NCBI GenBank assembly: GCA_964019335.1
Contig: OZ025649.1
Span: 936,810-1,000,809, forward strand
Length of the DNA stretch: 64,000 nucleotides
Source: Diplonema japonicum
Taxonomy: Eukaryota > Protista > Euglenozoa: Diplonemea
Direction: 5' to 3'
Made by a program: the position numbers and the translations under genes. The notes under the pieces were generated by a model, which saw only the letters and a program-made list of their open reading frames with translations, was not told the origin of the DNA and ran no database searches. Positions 49,636 to 60,707 of this stretch are shown piece by piece. Numbering within the stretch: position 1 is the first letter of the stretch; every line of letters starts with the position of its first letter.

Positions 49636-50094
49636 ATTATCGGATCTTAAATTTGATCTTTTTTCTAGTTTCAGTCTGTTACTTTCACATATATTCTTTA
49701 GTCGTAGTTACGCTTGCATGCCACATTATGGCAGCAATGAAGGTCTCGTATTCTACCGCTTAGGTTCTCCAGATTTTCTGCGAACTGAATCGATTGGACT
49801 GCTGGGCTTGCCCACCCTTGTTCCACCTTTTAGCTTATATTTTTTTATCCGTGGATTCCCTGTGTTACGGCTATTCCCGTTCCGAACCCGCTGCACGGCG
49901 GGAACCGAACGGCACTCTCGAATCATCAACTTGAACTTTTTCACAGTTTCTCCTCTTTCTTACTCCATGTAACTTATAATATAGGTTAACACCGCAGTTG
50001 GTTTCCCTTCGTTGTTGTAGGCTCAGTCTCGAGGCGACCCAGCTTTTACTTTTCTTTGATTGGTTTTTTTGTGCAGTAGTTCTACAGGAATAAG

Positions 50095-51102
50095 ATGCGT
50101 GAGTGCCGTGTTGTGCTGTATGGCTACGGGTCTGTCGGGAAGGCCTTCGTGGACATGCTGGTCGAGAAAGAGGAGTTCTTGAGGGGTGAGGAAGACGTAG
50201 AGTTTAAGGTGTTTGGCGTCGTAACGAAGAGGCATGGGTGGGTACTGAGTGAGACTCCTTTAGACCTCGTTCAGCTGAGGACTACCGAGGAGTTTGAAAG
50301 ATCTTCTACCGACCTCCCGCCAGTCGCAGATCTCATGAAGCAGTTGTCCCAATCACCCTACTGCGTGGATGTAGTCATAGAGGCCATTCCTACGAACTAC
50401 GAGACAGGCGAGCCTGCACTCAGCATCCTCCGCAGTGCACTGCAGAATGGCATGCATAGCGTTACTGCCAACAAAGGGCCTGTTGTGCACGGGTATTCGG
50501 AGCTCACGGAGCTGGGCCGTACTACAGGCAAGAAGTTTTTGTTTGAGTCATCGGTTATGGATGGTGTCCCTATCTTTAACTTGGCCAAGAACTGCCTGCG
50601 GGGGGCTTCCATTAAGGGCTTTAAGGGTATTCTTAACTCAACTACAAACGTTGTGCTCAGTGGCATGGAGAAAGGTTTGACTTTCGAGCAGTCACTTCAG
50701 GAGGCCCGCGACATTGGTATCGTTGAAGAAGATGCCAGCGGTGACATCGACGGGTGGGATGCTGCTGTAAAGGTCGCTGCCTTGTCGACTGTCCTCTTTA
50801 GGACGCCTGTTTCGCCTTCTGATGTGCCGAAGGAGAGCATCAAGCATCTAACACCCGAGCAGGTGAACAGGGTTGCTTCAGAGGGCAGGCGTTTCAAGGT
50901 TATTTGCAGTGGCCTTCCTCTCAAGGTGGCACTAGAGGAGGTACCTCCCTCTTCTCCGTTTTATAACATTTCTGGTGCCAGTGCTGCTGTAGAGATTTAC
51001 ACAGATGTCCTTGGGCCAATCACCGTAGTGAGCACCAATCCGACGAACAGTGACACGGCATATGGCGTTCTGTCTGATTGCCTGGAGGCTGTGCGCTGTT
51101 GA
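50095..51102 (+). CDS. hom: Homoserine dehydrogenase, short form without ACT domain
   Basis: GYGSVG Rossmann motif, VTANKGP, FESSVMDGVP, GILNSTTN, DIDGWDAAVK; intronless. Confidence 0.93.
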   Translation: MRECRVVLYGYGSVGKAFVDMLVEKEEFLRGEEDVEFKVFGVVTKRHGWVLSETPLDLVQLRTTEEFERSSTDLPPVADLMKQLSQSPYCVDVVIEAIPTNYETGEPALSILRSALQNGMHSVTANKGPVVHGYSELTELGRTTGKKFLFESSVMDGVPIFNLAKNCLRGASIKGFKGILNSTTNVVLSGMEKGLTFEQSLQEARDIGIVEEDASGDIDGWDAAVKVAALSTVLFRTPVSPSDVPKESIKHLTPEQVNRVASEGRRFKVICSGLPLKVALEEVPPSSPFYNISGASAAVEIYTDVLGPITVVSTNPTNSDTAYGVLSDCLEAVRC

Positions 51103-51158
51103 ATAGTGTCGAACTCTATTTTGTATTTCGTTCCTCTATAAATAAGCCATTTAGGGTC

Positions 51159-52184
51159 ATGACGACACAAGTGCCGGTTCCGTATGCAAGTACACCTCCT
51201 GTACCAAGGTCTGGCCACTGCTCGGCGTTGGATGAGGATAATGGTGTGTGGTACGTCTACGGTGGTCTTGGCGCGCGCAGGTACGGCGATCTTTGGTGCT
51301 TCTGCTTTGAGAGCCGAGAGTGGAGGGCCGTTGATACTCGTGGTGAGGCTCCTATCCCGCGGAGTAAAGCTTCACTTGTGAGGTACAAGGATCAGCTTTT
51401 GTTGTTTGGAGGGTGGGGGATCGGTCACAGGAATAGTGGCGATGCTAAGTTGAACGATTTGTGGCGCATAACTATTGGTGAGTGGGAGTGGAGAAGGGTG
51501 GATGTAAAGGGTAACAGCCCTCCTCCTCGGAGCAGCCACAGCTGTACATTGATAGGAAGCAGAATGTATTTGTTTGGGGGTATTGGTTCCCAGAAGTACA
51601 GTGATCTTTGGTGTTTTGACTTTCCCTCTAGTACGTGGCGTCAGTTGGCCACGTCTTCTGCTCCAGGAAAGCGGAGTAGCTATGGGGGTCTTCACTTTTA
51701 TAGGGGATGCTTGTTGGTTGTTGGCGGGCTTGGCTGTGGGCAGTTTAATGACACATGGACACTGGACTTAGAATCTTATCCACTTGTTTGGAAGCAGCTG
51801 GCATGCACTGGTGAGATACCTTCGAAGCGGGGTAGACATGCAGCAGGTATTGTTGGTGACAAGCTTTTGGTAATGGGGGGGACCAACCTTCGTAAGTCTC
51901 ATGCCGATGTTTATACCTTAGATCTAACCTCAGGTGTATGGGTGCAGCACAAGACAGGAAGCAGGTTCCTTCCCCGTGACTCGGCGGTGTCTTGCGTTTG
52001 GAATGATGAGCTGATCATCCATGGTGGCTGCAACAACTTGAAGGTTTGGTACAGTGACATGTGGTCTTTTGGCTATTCTGATACCCTTCGTTCTGACGAC
52101 GTTCTAGAGTCCATCCCCAGCGAGACTTTCACATCTGATGACGTGCAGGATGACGAGGACGAGCTTGCAGGAGCTCATGAATAA
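51159..52184 (+). CDS. Kelch-repeat beta-propeller protein
   Basis: Six repeats of PxPRxxH..YxFGG..DLW; acidic tail. Confidence 0.92.
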   Translation: MTTQVPVPYASTPPVPRSGHCSALDEDNGVWYVYGGLGARRYGDLWCFCFESREWRAVDTRGEAPIPRSKASLVRYKDQLLLFGGWGIGHRNSGDAKLNDLWRITIGEWEWRRVDVKGNSPPPRSSHSCTLIGSRMYLFGGIGSQKYSDLWCFDFPSSTWRQLATSSAPGKRSSYGGLHFYRGCLLVVGGLGCGQFNDTWTLDLESYPLVWKQLACTGEIPSKRGRHAAGIVGDKLLVMGGTNLRKSHADVYTLDLTSGVWVQHKTGSRFLPRDSAVSCVWNDELIIHGGCNNLKVWYSDMWSFGYSDTLRSDDVLESIPSETFTSDDVQDDEDELAGAHE

Positions 52185-52372
52185 TAGCATCTCTTCCCGC
52201 TTTTGTTTTCCCTTGCCTTTTCTTTACACAAGAGGCTGTCCTCACGTGTCTTTTACTTTGAGCTTTATTTCTGAGAGTCTTTTTAGACTCTTTTTTTTAG
52301 GAGTTAGATTTTGTTTTCCACGATGACAGTCTGAGAGTGTGAGAACGGGCGTCTTTAGGTTTTACAGGGCAC

Positions 52373-54286
52373 ATGAAAAGGGTGCTTCAAAGACTGCCAT
52401 ACGTGCGATATTGCACCACCAGAGATGATGAATGCGTGTTGGATGAGGTAGCTTTGGGTTTGGATGAGCTTGATTTAAGCAAGCCGACGAGGACAGTGGA
52501 GCACAGACTGAGCACGAAATCAAGGCATGCTCCCAGAAGGTGGCCGGGCTTCATGACTGCTGCTGTAGACACAGAAGCCCCGTTGATACCACGGCACATT
52601 AACAGCTACTCTACGATCCCTTCGACGTGGGTGGAGTTTCAGGATCAGAGCGATGAGGTTGCAAAGACACTCTCTGGTGTTCCAGAAGCTGACCCCGGAT
52701 GGAAGGAGGAGGCCCGCAAGAGGTTTGCCTTGATAAAGAGTGAGAGAAGTCCTTCAGTGCTTGATGCTGTTAATTACATCACTCCGGAGACTGCATTTAA
52801 GATTGCAAGAAGGGTGTCGAGGAGAGTGTGCTATCACGCTGGCAGCGTGCATTCGTCAAGGGGTTGGGGGGCTCTCACTAGGTTGAAGCGCTCAAAGAGC
52901 GGTGTTTATGTCTCTGACAGCTGGGTGCAGGCCGTACAGGTGTACTGCATGCTCCTCGAAGCTGGTGTTCCGTGCAACTTGTCTACAAAGCAAATCTGCA
53001 GGAGGCAGCTGCACGCGCGCCACACCGTATCTACCCTTGATGAGGTGGATTACCAGACGAAGGTGGATGTGGGTGTTCTTGACAATGGTGATCGTGCTGC
53101 AGACATTGTTGATGGGCATCTTTATACTGCTGCACTTATGGGACTTCCAGCAAGGGAGTTTCACGTCCTTGGCTGTCGGGAAGGAATGCCTATGATCCGG
53201 CAGTTGTCAGAGGCTTGTGGTGACAGGTTTTTGACACGGGGATACGAAGACCCAGTACAAGATGTCGGTGTTGTGCAGAGCACATCCGATGTAATCGACC
53301 TAGGCGACGTGGTGGTCGTGGACAGTGCTTCCACGGCACAGCTTCTACGAACGTTGAAACACTCATGCGGTGTGATTCATGCAGCCATGTCTCGTGATTT
53401 GCTTGTATCTCAGGTGCAGGCTTTCCATGATAAAAAGGTTGATGTCCTTCTCGCCGATGTTGATATTCTGTCGAGTTCTGCACTCTTCTTGAGGGCTTCG
53501 CGAATGGTGGTTCCAGATGAGATGCATGGGCACTCTAAGCTTCATATGGTATGGAGGTAACATATATCAGCTCTTTCAGGTTGTGGGGCGGTGTGAGCAT
53601 GTGGTCATTACGGATGCAGTGGCACGGGAGTTGAGTGACAGGAATTCTATTCTACTTTTCAGAGCAGGTATGAAACATGAATGATGTCATCACCCGCTCA
53701 GGGATACTGCCTACTCCTAGTCACCTCGTAGCTCTCTATGAAGGGTTACAGCAGGGAGAGCTTCCCGATGTTGATGTGATACCCGCGGGAAACCCAGTTT
53801 CACAAATACTCTCGCTCTTCAGCAGATTAGTTCTTCTAGACACGAGCAGGTTCTTTATATGTGACACACTGAAGCAGGAGAAGGTTGGTGAGTTGATAGG
53901 CCCACTCAGAGGTCTTTCTTGGATCGATGCCTGGGTTTTCTGCAACTTACCCGTCAGCTCACAGATGCTTTCATCATCAGGCATTGTAGACATGTTGAGC
54001 ACATGTATCACAAGGCATGCTGCGGGTGTTGCTTGCTTGCCTCCCCCGAGCGACCCTCTTACTGTGTATGGTGCTTCTTCGTTTTCAGAGGTATTCCATT
54101 TCATATATTTCACACCTTCATTCACAATAGGCATGTGAGTCTCTGATGCAGCAGCACATTTTGTACTATCACTTATCGCAGCGGTTTCCTGATTCTTTTC
54201 CTCACATCAAAGAGGTCTTCCGAACTGTTGACTACCTGACAAAGCTTCTCATGCGAGAGTTGTCAAAGCTCAACAGGCTAAAATAG
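52373..54286 (+). CDS. SUV3-like mitochondrial helicase paralog with degenerate Walker A/B (pseudo-helicase); 4 exons
   Basis: Colinear SUV3 landmarks: AR..SRRVCYHAG, KSGVY, AGVPCNL, ALMGLPAREFHVLG, RAGILPT, WVFCNLPV, LYYHLSQRFPDSFP. Confidence 0.8.
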
Positions 54287-54336
54287 CTTTACACCTTATC
54301 CAGGCTATGTAGCAACAATAAGCCCTACAGTAACAC

Positions 54337-55092
54337 ATGGCTATAACATGGCAGGAGCTTCGTGACTGTTACGGCATTGGAAAGAGGGCAGAAGGTAGGT
54401 TTTTGAGAGGCGATGTTGTGTACAGGCACAGCAAGAGTTGGCCGAGTTCAAAGCAGGTAAAGTTGATCGATGCTGATGGTTGTTGTGCCGCTGTTTTTTT
54501 CTACCTTCCCGATCTTCCTGAGCCCTTTCACTATGACATGGTGCAGCCAGGAAGGGGCATTGAAATACACAACCCAAGGCTCCACAAGTTCCTGGATCAC
54601 CAGGAAGGACTTCGTGTAGAGGAGAACGACAAGGTAGTGTTGCTTCAGCAAGATGACGAAGGACAAGAAGGCCGATACGCTGCTGGTCTGAAGGGTTTGG
54701 GTAACAGGTACTACCACGATAAGGAGTACCAGCTTGCGATCGATACGTACAGGATGAGCATGGAGTATTGCTCTCGGGATGCTGGGGCACGCTTAGCATG
54801 CCACTTGAACATGTCTGCATGTGCGTTAGCACTACAGAAATACTCCGGTGCAGACACAGAGTGCCAGAAGGCAATCGCTATCGACCCATACTCGACGAAG
54901 GCACACTACAGGTCGGCCTTAGCAGCGAGGGGGAATAACGACACAGCCAAGGCGTTGAGTTGCTTTGAGAAGGCATATAAGCTTTCACCAAAGGATCCAC
55001 TCATCGCCAAGGCCTATCAGCAAGCACAGAGAGAGTACATGCAGCAGAAGAAAAGAGAGCAGCAGGTTTGGGGAGGCGTCTTTAACAAGTAG
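54337..55092 (+). CDS. TPR co-chaperone-like protein with an uncharacterised N-terminal beta domain
   Basis: LKGLGNRYY..YQLAI..Y, HLNMSAC, KAHYRSALA, KAYKLSPKD. Confidence 0.85.
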   Translation: MAITWQELRDCYGIGKRAEGRFLRGDVVYRHSKSWPSSKQVKLIDADGCCAAVFFYLPDLPEPFHYDMVQPGRGIEIHNPRLHKFLDHQEGLRVEENDKVVLLQQDDEGQEGRYAAGLKGLGNRYYHDKEYQLAIDTYRMSMEYCSRDAGARLACHLNMSACALALQKYSGADTECQKAIAIDPYSTKAHYRSALAARGNNDTAKALSCFEKAYKLSPKDPLIAKAYQQAQREYMQQKKREQQVWGGVFNK

Positions 55093-55174
55093 CCATAAGA
55101 CCACTTTAATACTTAGCTATACTTCATCTTATGATACATCTGCAAAGCTCTTCCAGGTCATATGCTCGTTGGGA

Positions 55175-56830
55175 ATGTTTTCTGTATGTGTAGCGGCAGA
55201 TGTTGAGAATGTGAAGCACAATTTCGAGCTTCGCTTCGACGCTTGTCCTACTTTGGAAGCCTTGAGAGACCGCACAGAGAGGGTGTACAACAGCGAGTTT
55301 AAAGGAATTGGATTCAGTGTGAACAGATGGCACATCTTCAAAGATGACTGCAATGAGTGGGTGACACTACAAGACGAAAGCCAGCTTTCCGATCAATGCC
55401 AGCTCTATGCATTTCAGCTGAACTGGAAGTCTGAGTCGCAGGCTCACATACCTCCTCCGCTTCAGTTCAGCGAATCTGCCCACTTAGAAGACAGGGCAAC
55501 TGCAATCTTCATGGACTTTGATACCACTGCTAAGGGGTACCTCACATTCGACGACGTCGTGAGTGGTTTGGAGAAGCTTGAGGTACCTTTCCCCGTGCAG
55601 CAGATCGAGAGCATGTTCACAAAAGCCGATCTTAACCAGGATAGTCTCCTGTGTCTTACGGTATGTGACCCTGGTTAATGATCGCAGCAGGAATGGAGTA
55701 CGTGGATGAATTCTTATAAAACTCTTTGTGACGGTGTCTACTACAGGAGTCAGGAGTATGAGCACACAACGAAGATATCACTTCAGCTATTGGGAGGACG
55801 TGAGGCTGCAGCAAGAGCTTGCTTTGATGGCAGTGGAGTTGGAAGAGATGAGAAAGGCAGAGCACAGGGCAGTGGTGTACTTTCTAAAGGTGCAGCAGTC
55901 TGTACAGTGCCAGGAAGAGCAATGTGAGTTACGCGCAAAGGTGTGCTTGATACTAAGTTTCATTCATAAGCAGGCAGTTTCTGATTCCGTTCACCGCAGC
56001 GAGCTCTTGCAGCAAGAGCTAGAAGAAACAAGGAGGGGTATCAGAGACTTAGAGGGCCGTGTACGGGGGTCTTCACAAGATTTGGGGGGCAAGATAACAT
56101 CTCACCAAGAGGACGCCACAAATTGCGTACAGGAGGTAGAAATCTGTTGTAAGCAGCTTGAGAAGGCTAGTTCCGGGGTGGAACGGGCAGTGCAGTTCTT
56201 GCACGATAAAGAGGTGAAACATAGTAATGCAAAAGACGAGTTGATGGACATCGAAAAAGAACTGGGGCATATGAAGGACAAGGTGGGTGCTCTGGAGGTT
56301 GAAGAAGCTGGGAGGTCTTCCGTCACGTCAGTCGGAGACATGGCGGTGTTCGAGGCACAGCTTCAGTTTGCAGACGGTGTTGTTCTTAAGTTGCAGAGTG
56401 CTTTGGCAACGGAGCAGGAGGTGTACAGGGTATGCTCTTTTCTTTAACTTTACTTCTTCGCCAGGCATGCTCGCATGATCGGCAGAGGTGCCACTACAGT
56501 GTGAGGTCCGAGTCCGACCTGCTGCTCCTTCACGAGCAGAACGAGGAAAAGGCCAAGGAGGTGGAAATTGGCCTGTCAGCTGAGGTGAGGAATGCTGAGA
56601 AGCGGCTATCTCGCTGTGAGGCAGCGCAGAAAGACGCCCTGGCTGAGACGTGTGATGTAGTGCAGAACAACTTGCTTGTCAATCGAGAGATCAGTCTAAA
56701 GTCGCAGAAGGCACAGTTGGCAGTACAGGTATTACGGGTTTGCGGATTTTTCATGCAATGACATTAGGAAGCGGCTTTGTTGGCAGGGCAGTCAGTTTTC
56801 TCAGATGGCTCTTTTCGGTCAGTACGATAG
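55175..56830 (+). CDS. BILBO1-like cytoskeletal protein (ubiquitin-like NTD, EF-hands, long coiled coil); about 6 exons
   Basis: VCVAADVENVKHNFELRF..P..L..EWVTL....QLSDQCQLYAFQ..ESQAHIPP matches the BILBO1 NTD; EF-hands DTTAKGYLTFDD and DLNQDSLL; YYRSQDYWED after splicing. 3' end uncertain. Confidence 0.85.
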
Positions 56831-56934
56831 GTGCTGGCACATCGCGCATCGGGCATGGCTCGTAGATTAGATTGTACTAACTTACTCAGTTTATTTTGAT
56901 TCCTCTGCTATATATATACGATATCACAGGGATA

Positions 56935-58541
56935 ATGAATAGGTACAACTCTTCTGTGAGCGGTACACAGATTGTTCAGGCTTACGCGGCAAAGAGAGCA
57001 GCGCAGCTTGAGCATGCGAGGTTGCTGAAGGTTGAGAGAGACAAGAAGAAGGGGAATGACGATGCGCTGTCGGAGCAGCCTGTCAATGCCTACACAACCC
57101 AGAGTACAGAGAGGTCTCTGTCACGGGATCCCACCACGTCTAACCCAATCACTAGAACAGTCAAGCCCTCCCCCCAAACTCCCAAACCTTCCCCCCAGCC
57201 AGTGTCCAGTTCATTCACACAGCCTAGGTCTAGCTCCGCTTCTGTTCTCGTAGGTGAGGCCGATTTATACAGGGCAGTCCAGGTATAGGATAGTTTTCTT
57301 TTTTGCAACAGTCACAGGCTGGCATCATCACCATGGACCAGTGCAGAAAGCTGTGGGACACTTTTCAGCAGGCCGGTACGCCAGCCGACGATACGCCAAA
57401 GGAGAGCGTCGCCACGCCTTCTTCAAGTAGATACCGCATGCAGCCATCTCAGCCTGCGACTAGTGCGCAGCAGCCTGCTTCACCTATGCAGGCGCAACCT
57501 GATTCTTTGAACGATCCTGCAAGAATGCAAGCACAGGTTGTTGAGGCACAGATGAGAGACCAGGTATGTTATGTTCATATATGTTAATCACATTCAGGAT
57601 GATGGTGGCTGGAACATGAGTACCACAGTGGCCTATGATGACCTGGATGACGACGACACTTTCGTTAAGAAGAACTTTTCCAGCAGAAAGAATAGCATCC
57701 AGAAAGCGAAGGAGCCGCGTCACCAGGCTGACACGCCTTGGCAGGTAGACGCGGAGCCTGTTTCGCAAGGTTTCGGCGAACCGCCAAAGATCCCAACTCG
57801 CAAGACCCCAGCAAAGAAGGCAGCTGTCCGTACGGCAGCGTCTTCCAGGACAAAGGGTGCTAGGTCGAGTTCCACAGTGCAGCCCAGCCATGGTGGCGGG
57901 TACTCTGCGGGTGGTGACAATGGCTACAGCTCACGTTTAGAGTCCTCAGGCCCAGTGGAGTCATCTGGCTACCGCGTAGAGGCCTCGGGATTCGGTGGCA
58001 TCCCTACAACAACTGTGGACTTGGACAACTTGCCCACAAATGCAGTTCAGAGCTCATCATTTGAAGCAGAAGCCATGGATGCAGCTTCGGAGGCGCAGTA
58101 CCCGTGCAGCAAGGTATGCGGTGTTATGCCTTTACATCCCTTCTTTAGTGCGGCAGATCTTTCAGAGAGGCTATTCTGAAGCGTCACACACAGAACTGTG
58201 GCAAGCAGAAGCAGAGAAAGCAGTTTGATGCGAGCAAGGCACGTGAGCTGCCTGAGCAGAATATGGTGCAGAAGACTCGCGAGACCCCACAGGCATCGAA
58301 GAAGTCTACGTGGAAACAGCACCACGAGCAATTCCAGGCTGCAATGAAAAACAACAAATTGGTGCGACAAGTAGAGAGCGGTGCCCTTCCTGCCTCAGCT
58401 TTGGCTGCCGCCCCCCCGCCGCCAGACAACCGTGTCCCCTGTCCTCATTGCACAAGGAAGTTCGCTGCTGAGGTGGCAGAGCGCCACATCCCGAAGTGCA
58501 AGAATATCTTGGCAAAGCCTAAGAGTTTGAGGCGGTACTAG
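56935..58541 (+). CDS. ZC2HC1-like C2HC zinc-finger protein; 4 exons
   Basis: YPCSK|CGRSF..LKRHTQNC, STWKQHHEQFQAAM, VPCPHCTRKFAAEVAERHIPKC. Confidence 0.85.
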
Positions 58542-58783
58542 TTCTTAGATACCGCAGCCACAAGAATAGATATTAGATATAGCAAACACAGAATGTTGTT
58601 TGATACTCTTCGGGCTCCTATCCCTCTCAGACTATGTTACTTTACTCGCTTTCCCTTCTTAGAAGACTATTTTCCTTTAAAATTTTTATTGTTTCTCTTT
58701 TTTCTTTTCTGATTCTTTTCTTTTAGCATAATTTTTATTCGCGGGTTTATTTGGTATCCTCACTCTAGTACCACACACTAGGT

Positions 58784-59287
58784 ATGTCTTGCGTAGAGCA
58801 TGACATCCACGCTGTGCTTGCTGAGGTTGCGGTGTTCGCTAGATCGTTGCCAATGTCTTTCGTGAAGCTAAGGAGCGACACGTGTGCAGTTCAGCATGAC
58901 AAGCATCTTGCGGAGTGCTGTGATAGGGTGGAGGAAAGTGTAATTAGGGTGGGATCTGTGCTTCAGAGCCTTAGCCAGAGCTTTAAGGATAGATCGTTTG
59001 TATCAGACTACGAGTCAAGGGTCTGCCGTGCCATCAGTCGGCTAAGCTGCTTGCCGTCTGACATTGGATCTTTCTTAGAGATGGAGCTCTTCTCATACTC
59101 CACACCAATTCCTAAGTGGGATGAATTCAAATGCAGCTTTCCATTCGCGACTTACTACAACCTTCGAGATGCCCTTTTGGATGGCGGCATCCAAGCAGAG
59201 GATCGAAGCAGCGCCATGAACATGCTCATCACTCTCATGTCGGTCGAACTCAGTCACAACGGTAGCTTCATATCTTACCTCAGATAA
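58784..59287 (+). CDS. Hypothetical protein, ~167 aa
   Basis: ORF following a polypyrimidine tract and AG. Alternative end at 59301 if 59243-59283 is an intron. Confidence 0.55.
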   Translation: MSCVEHDIHAVLAEVAVFARSLPMSFVKLRSDTCAVQHDKHLAECCDRVEESVIRVGSVLQSLSQSFKDRSFVSDYESRVCRAISRLSCLPSDIGSFLEMELFSYSTPIPKWDEFKCSFPFATYYNLRDALLDGGIQAEDRSSAMNMLITLMSVELSHNGSFISYLR

Positions 59288-59392
59288 GCGAGGAACACTA
59301 ATAGGTTTACATTTATTACGGGTTCTGCAGAGGTTTTGTATCTAGTGGCGACAGGTGGCTTTTGAGGTCAATAGATAATCTCTTATCAGGTG

Positions 59393-60707
59393 ATGGACCT
59401 CTCTGAGGGGAGAATCAGCGGCGAGATAGCAGAGGCAGTGGCCACTCGTGGTGCACGGTTTGTGGATAAGTATAGAGTACTGCATAGCACACACGCAGAT
59501 GACTATTTTTTAAAGGATCCTTTGGGTGGAGTAGCATCTGACTTGGTAGATGCCATAGATGGGTTATCGTTCAAGCAGTGTATGCAGCTCCCTGAGAGCT
59601 CTAGCCGTGATTTTCCTGTAGCCTTACAGGACTTTCTCTCAGAGGTGCGCGCAAGCTCCTTGCCGGTTAAGCAGCCTGCTGCAAGGCGACCGTCAAGACT
59701 GAGAAAGAACTTTACACCCAAGAAGCAACACGAAGTCGATCAGCTTTCGGCGCTTATCAGCAGCTTGGCAAGCACAAGTTGCACTGAGTGGGTGGTGAAC
59801 ATAGGTGAAGGAAAGGGGCATTTAAGTGAGGTGATTGCTGAGATGGCGTCAGTGGATGGAGTCATTGGCATTGACTGTGGCATACACAGAGATGACGGAC
59901 GAACAGCAGCATTGGAGATGTATTCCGTCAAGTGCCGTGTGACGCAAGATATGGTTGCGGAGGACTATGTGTCTGTCATTAACCAGTCAGTAAAGAAGGA
60001 TCTTGTACGCCCGTGTCTTGAAGGCAGTGCTCTGGTAGGGTTGCACGCTTGCGGTGATCTTGGCAGCTGTGTGGTTCGGACTTTCGCTTCTTCCTCGGCT
60101 TCGTTCTTGGCCTTGGCACCGTGCTGCCACCATGCTCTTACGACAGTCGGGTTTCCTCTAAGTGCTCACCTGCAGGCACTTGGGACCCCTTTGGATTCCA
60201 CTGCATCAAGGCAGGTAGCTTGCATCGCAAGTGCCCGGTGGTCGGCAGAGGTATGCTAAACGTTATCGTCAGAAATTTCGAAAGGGCGATGACCAGCTCC
60301 CGAAGTACAGAATGCACTACTATCGATCTGTTGCCGCTTCCTTACTTCCTGAAAGGTTGTCTTTGCCCCCTTCATTTCTTCGGAAGCTTTCTAAGCAGAC
60401 GGACTTGTCCCTAGCCACATTCGTCCGCACAGTTTGCACATTTCTTGGGAAGAGCGATGCTGACACAAGGCAGATGTTGCTTGAGGCAGAGAAACATGAC
60501 ACAGAAGCCTCCTTTAAGAGATTCCTGACCTTTATGACGTTGAGGAGAAGCACCGCGCCCTCACTGGAGACCATGTACCTACTAGACCGTTATTTGTACT
60601 TACTTGAAAAGGGCTGCAGGTGCTTCTTGCTCCCATTGTTTGACCCAGTTTTATCCCCTCGGAGCTACGTGCTGGTGGCCACTCATGAACATCCGCAAGG
60701 GTCGTAG
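59393..60707 (+). CDS. METTL25/RRNAD1-family SAM-dependent methyltransferase; 2 exons
   Basis: KKQHEV, VVNIGEGKGHLS, LVGLHACGDL, APCCHH, LDRYLYL, LPLFDPVLSPR; intron starting at 60251. Confidence 0.88.

Noticed and set aside
16156-54286. Operon-like cluster of mitochondrial RNA-processing genes (PPR, TUTase, pseudo-SUV3)
   Set aside because: They are spread over 38 kb among unrelated genes, and euglenozoan polycistronic units are generally not functionally clustered.
58784-60707. ORF 58784 as the first exon of the METTL25-like gene
   Set aside because: No convincing consensus donor in the right phase, and the family-like N-terminus starts at ATG 59393.
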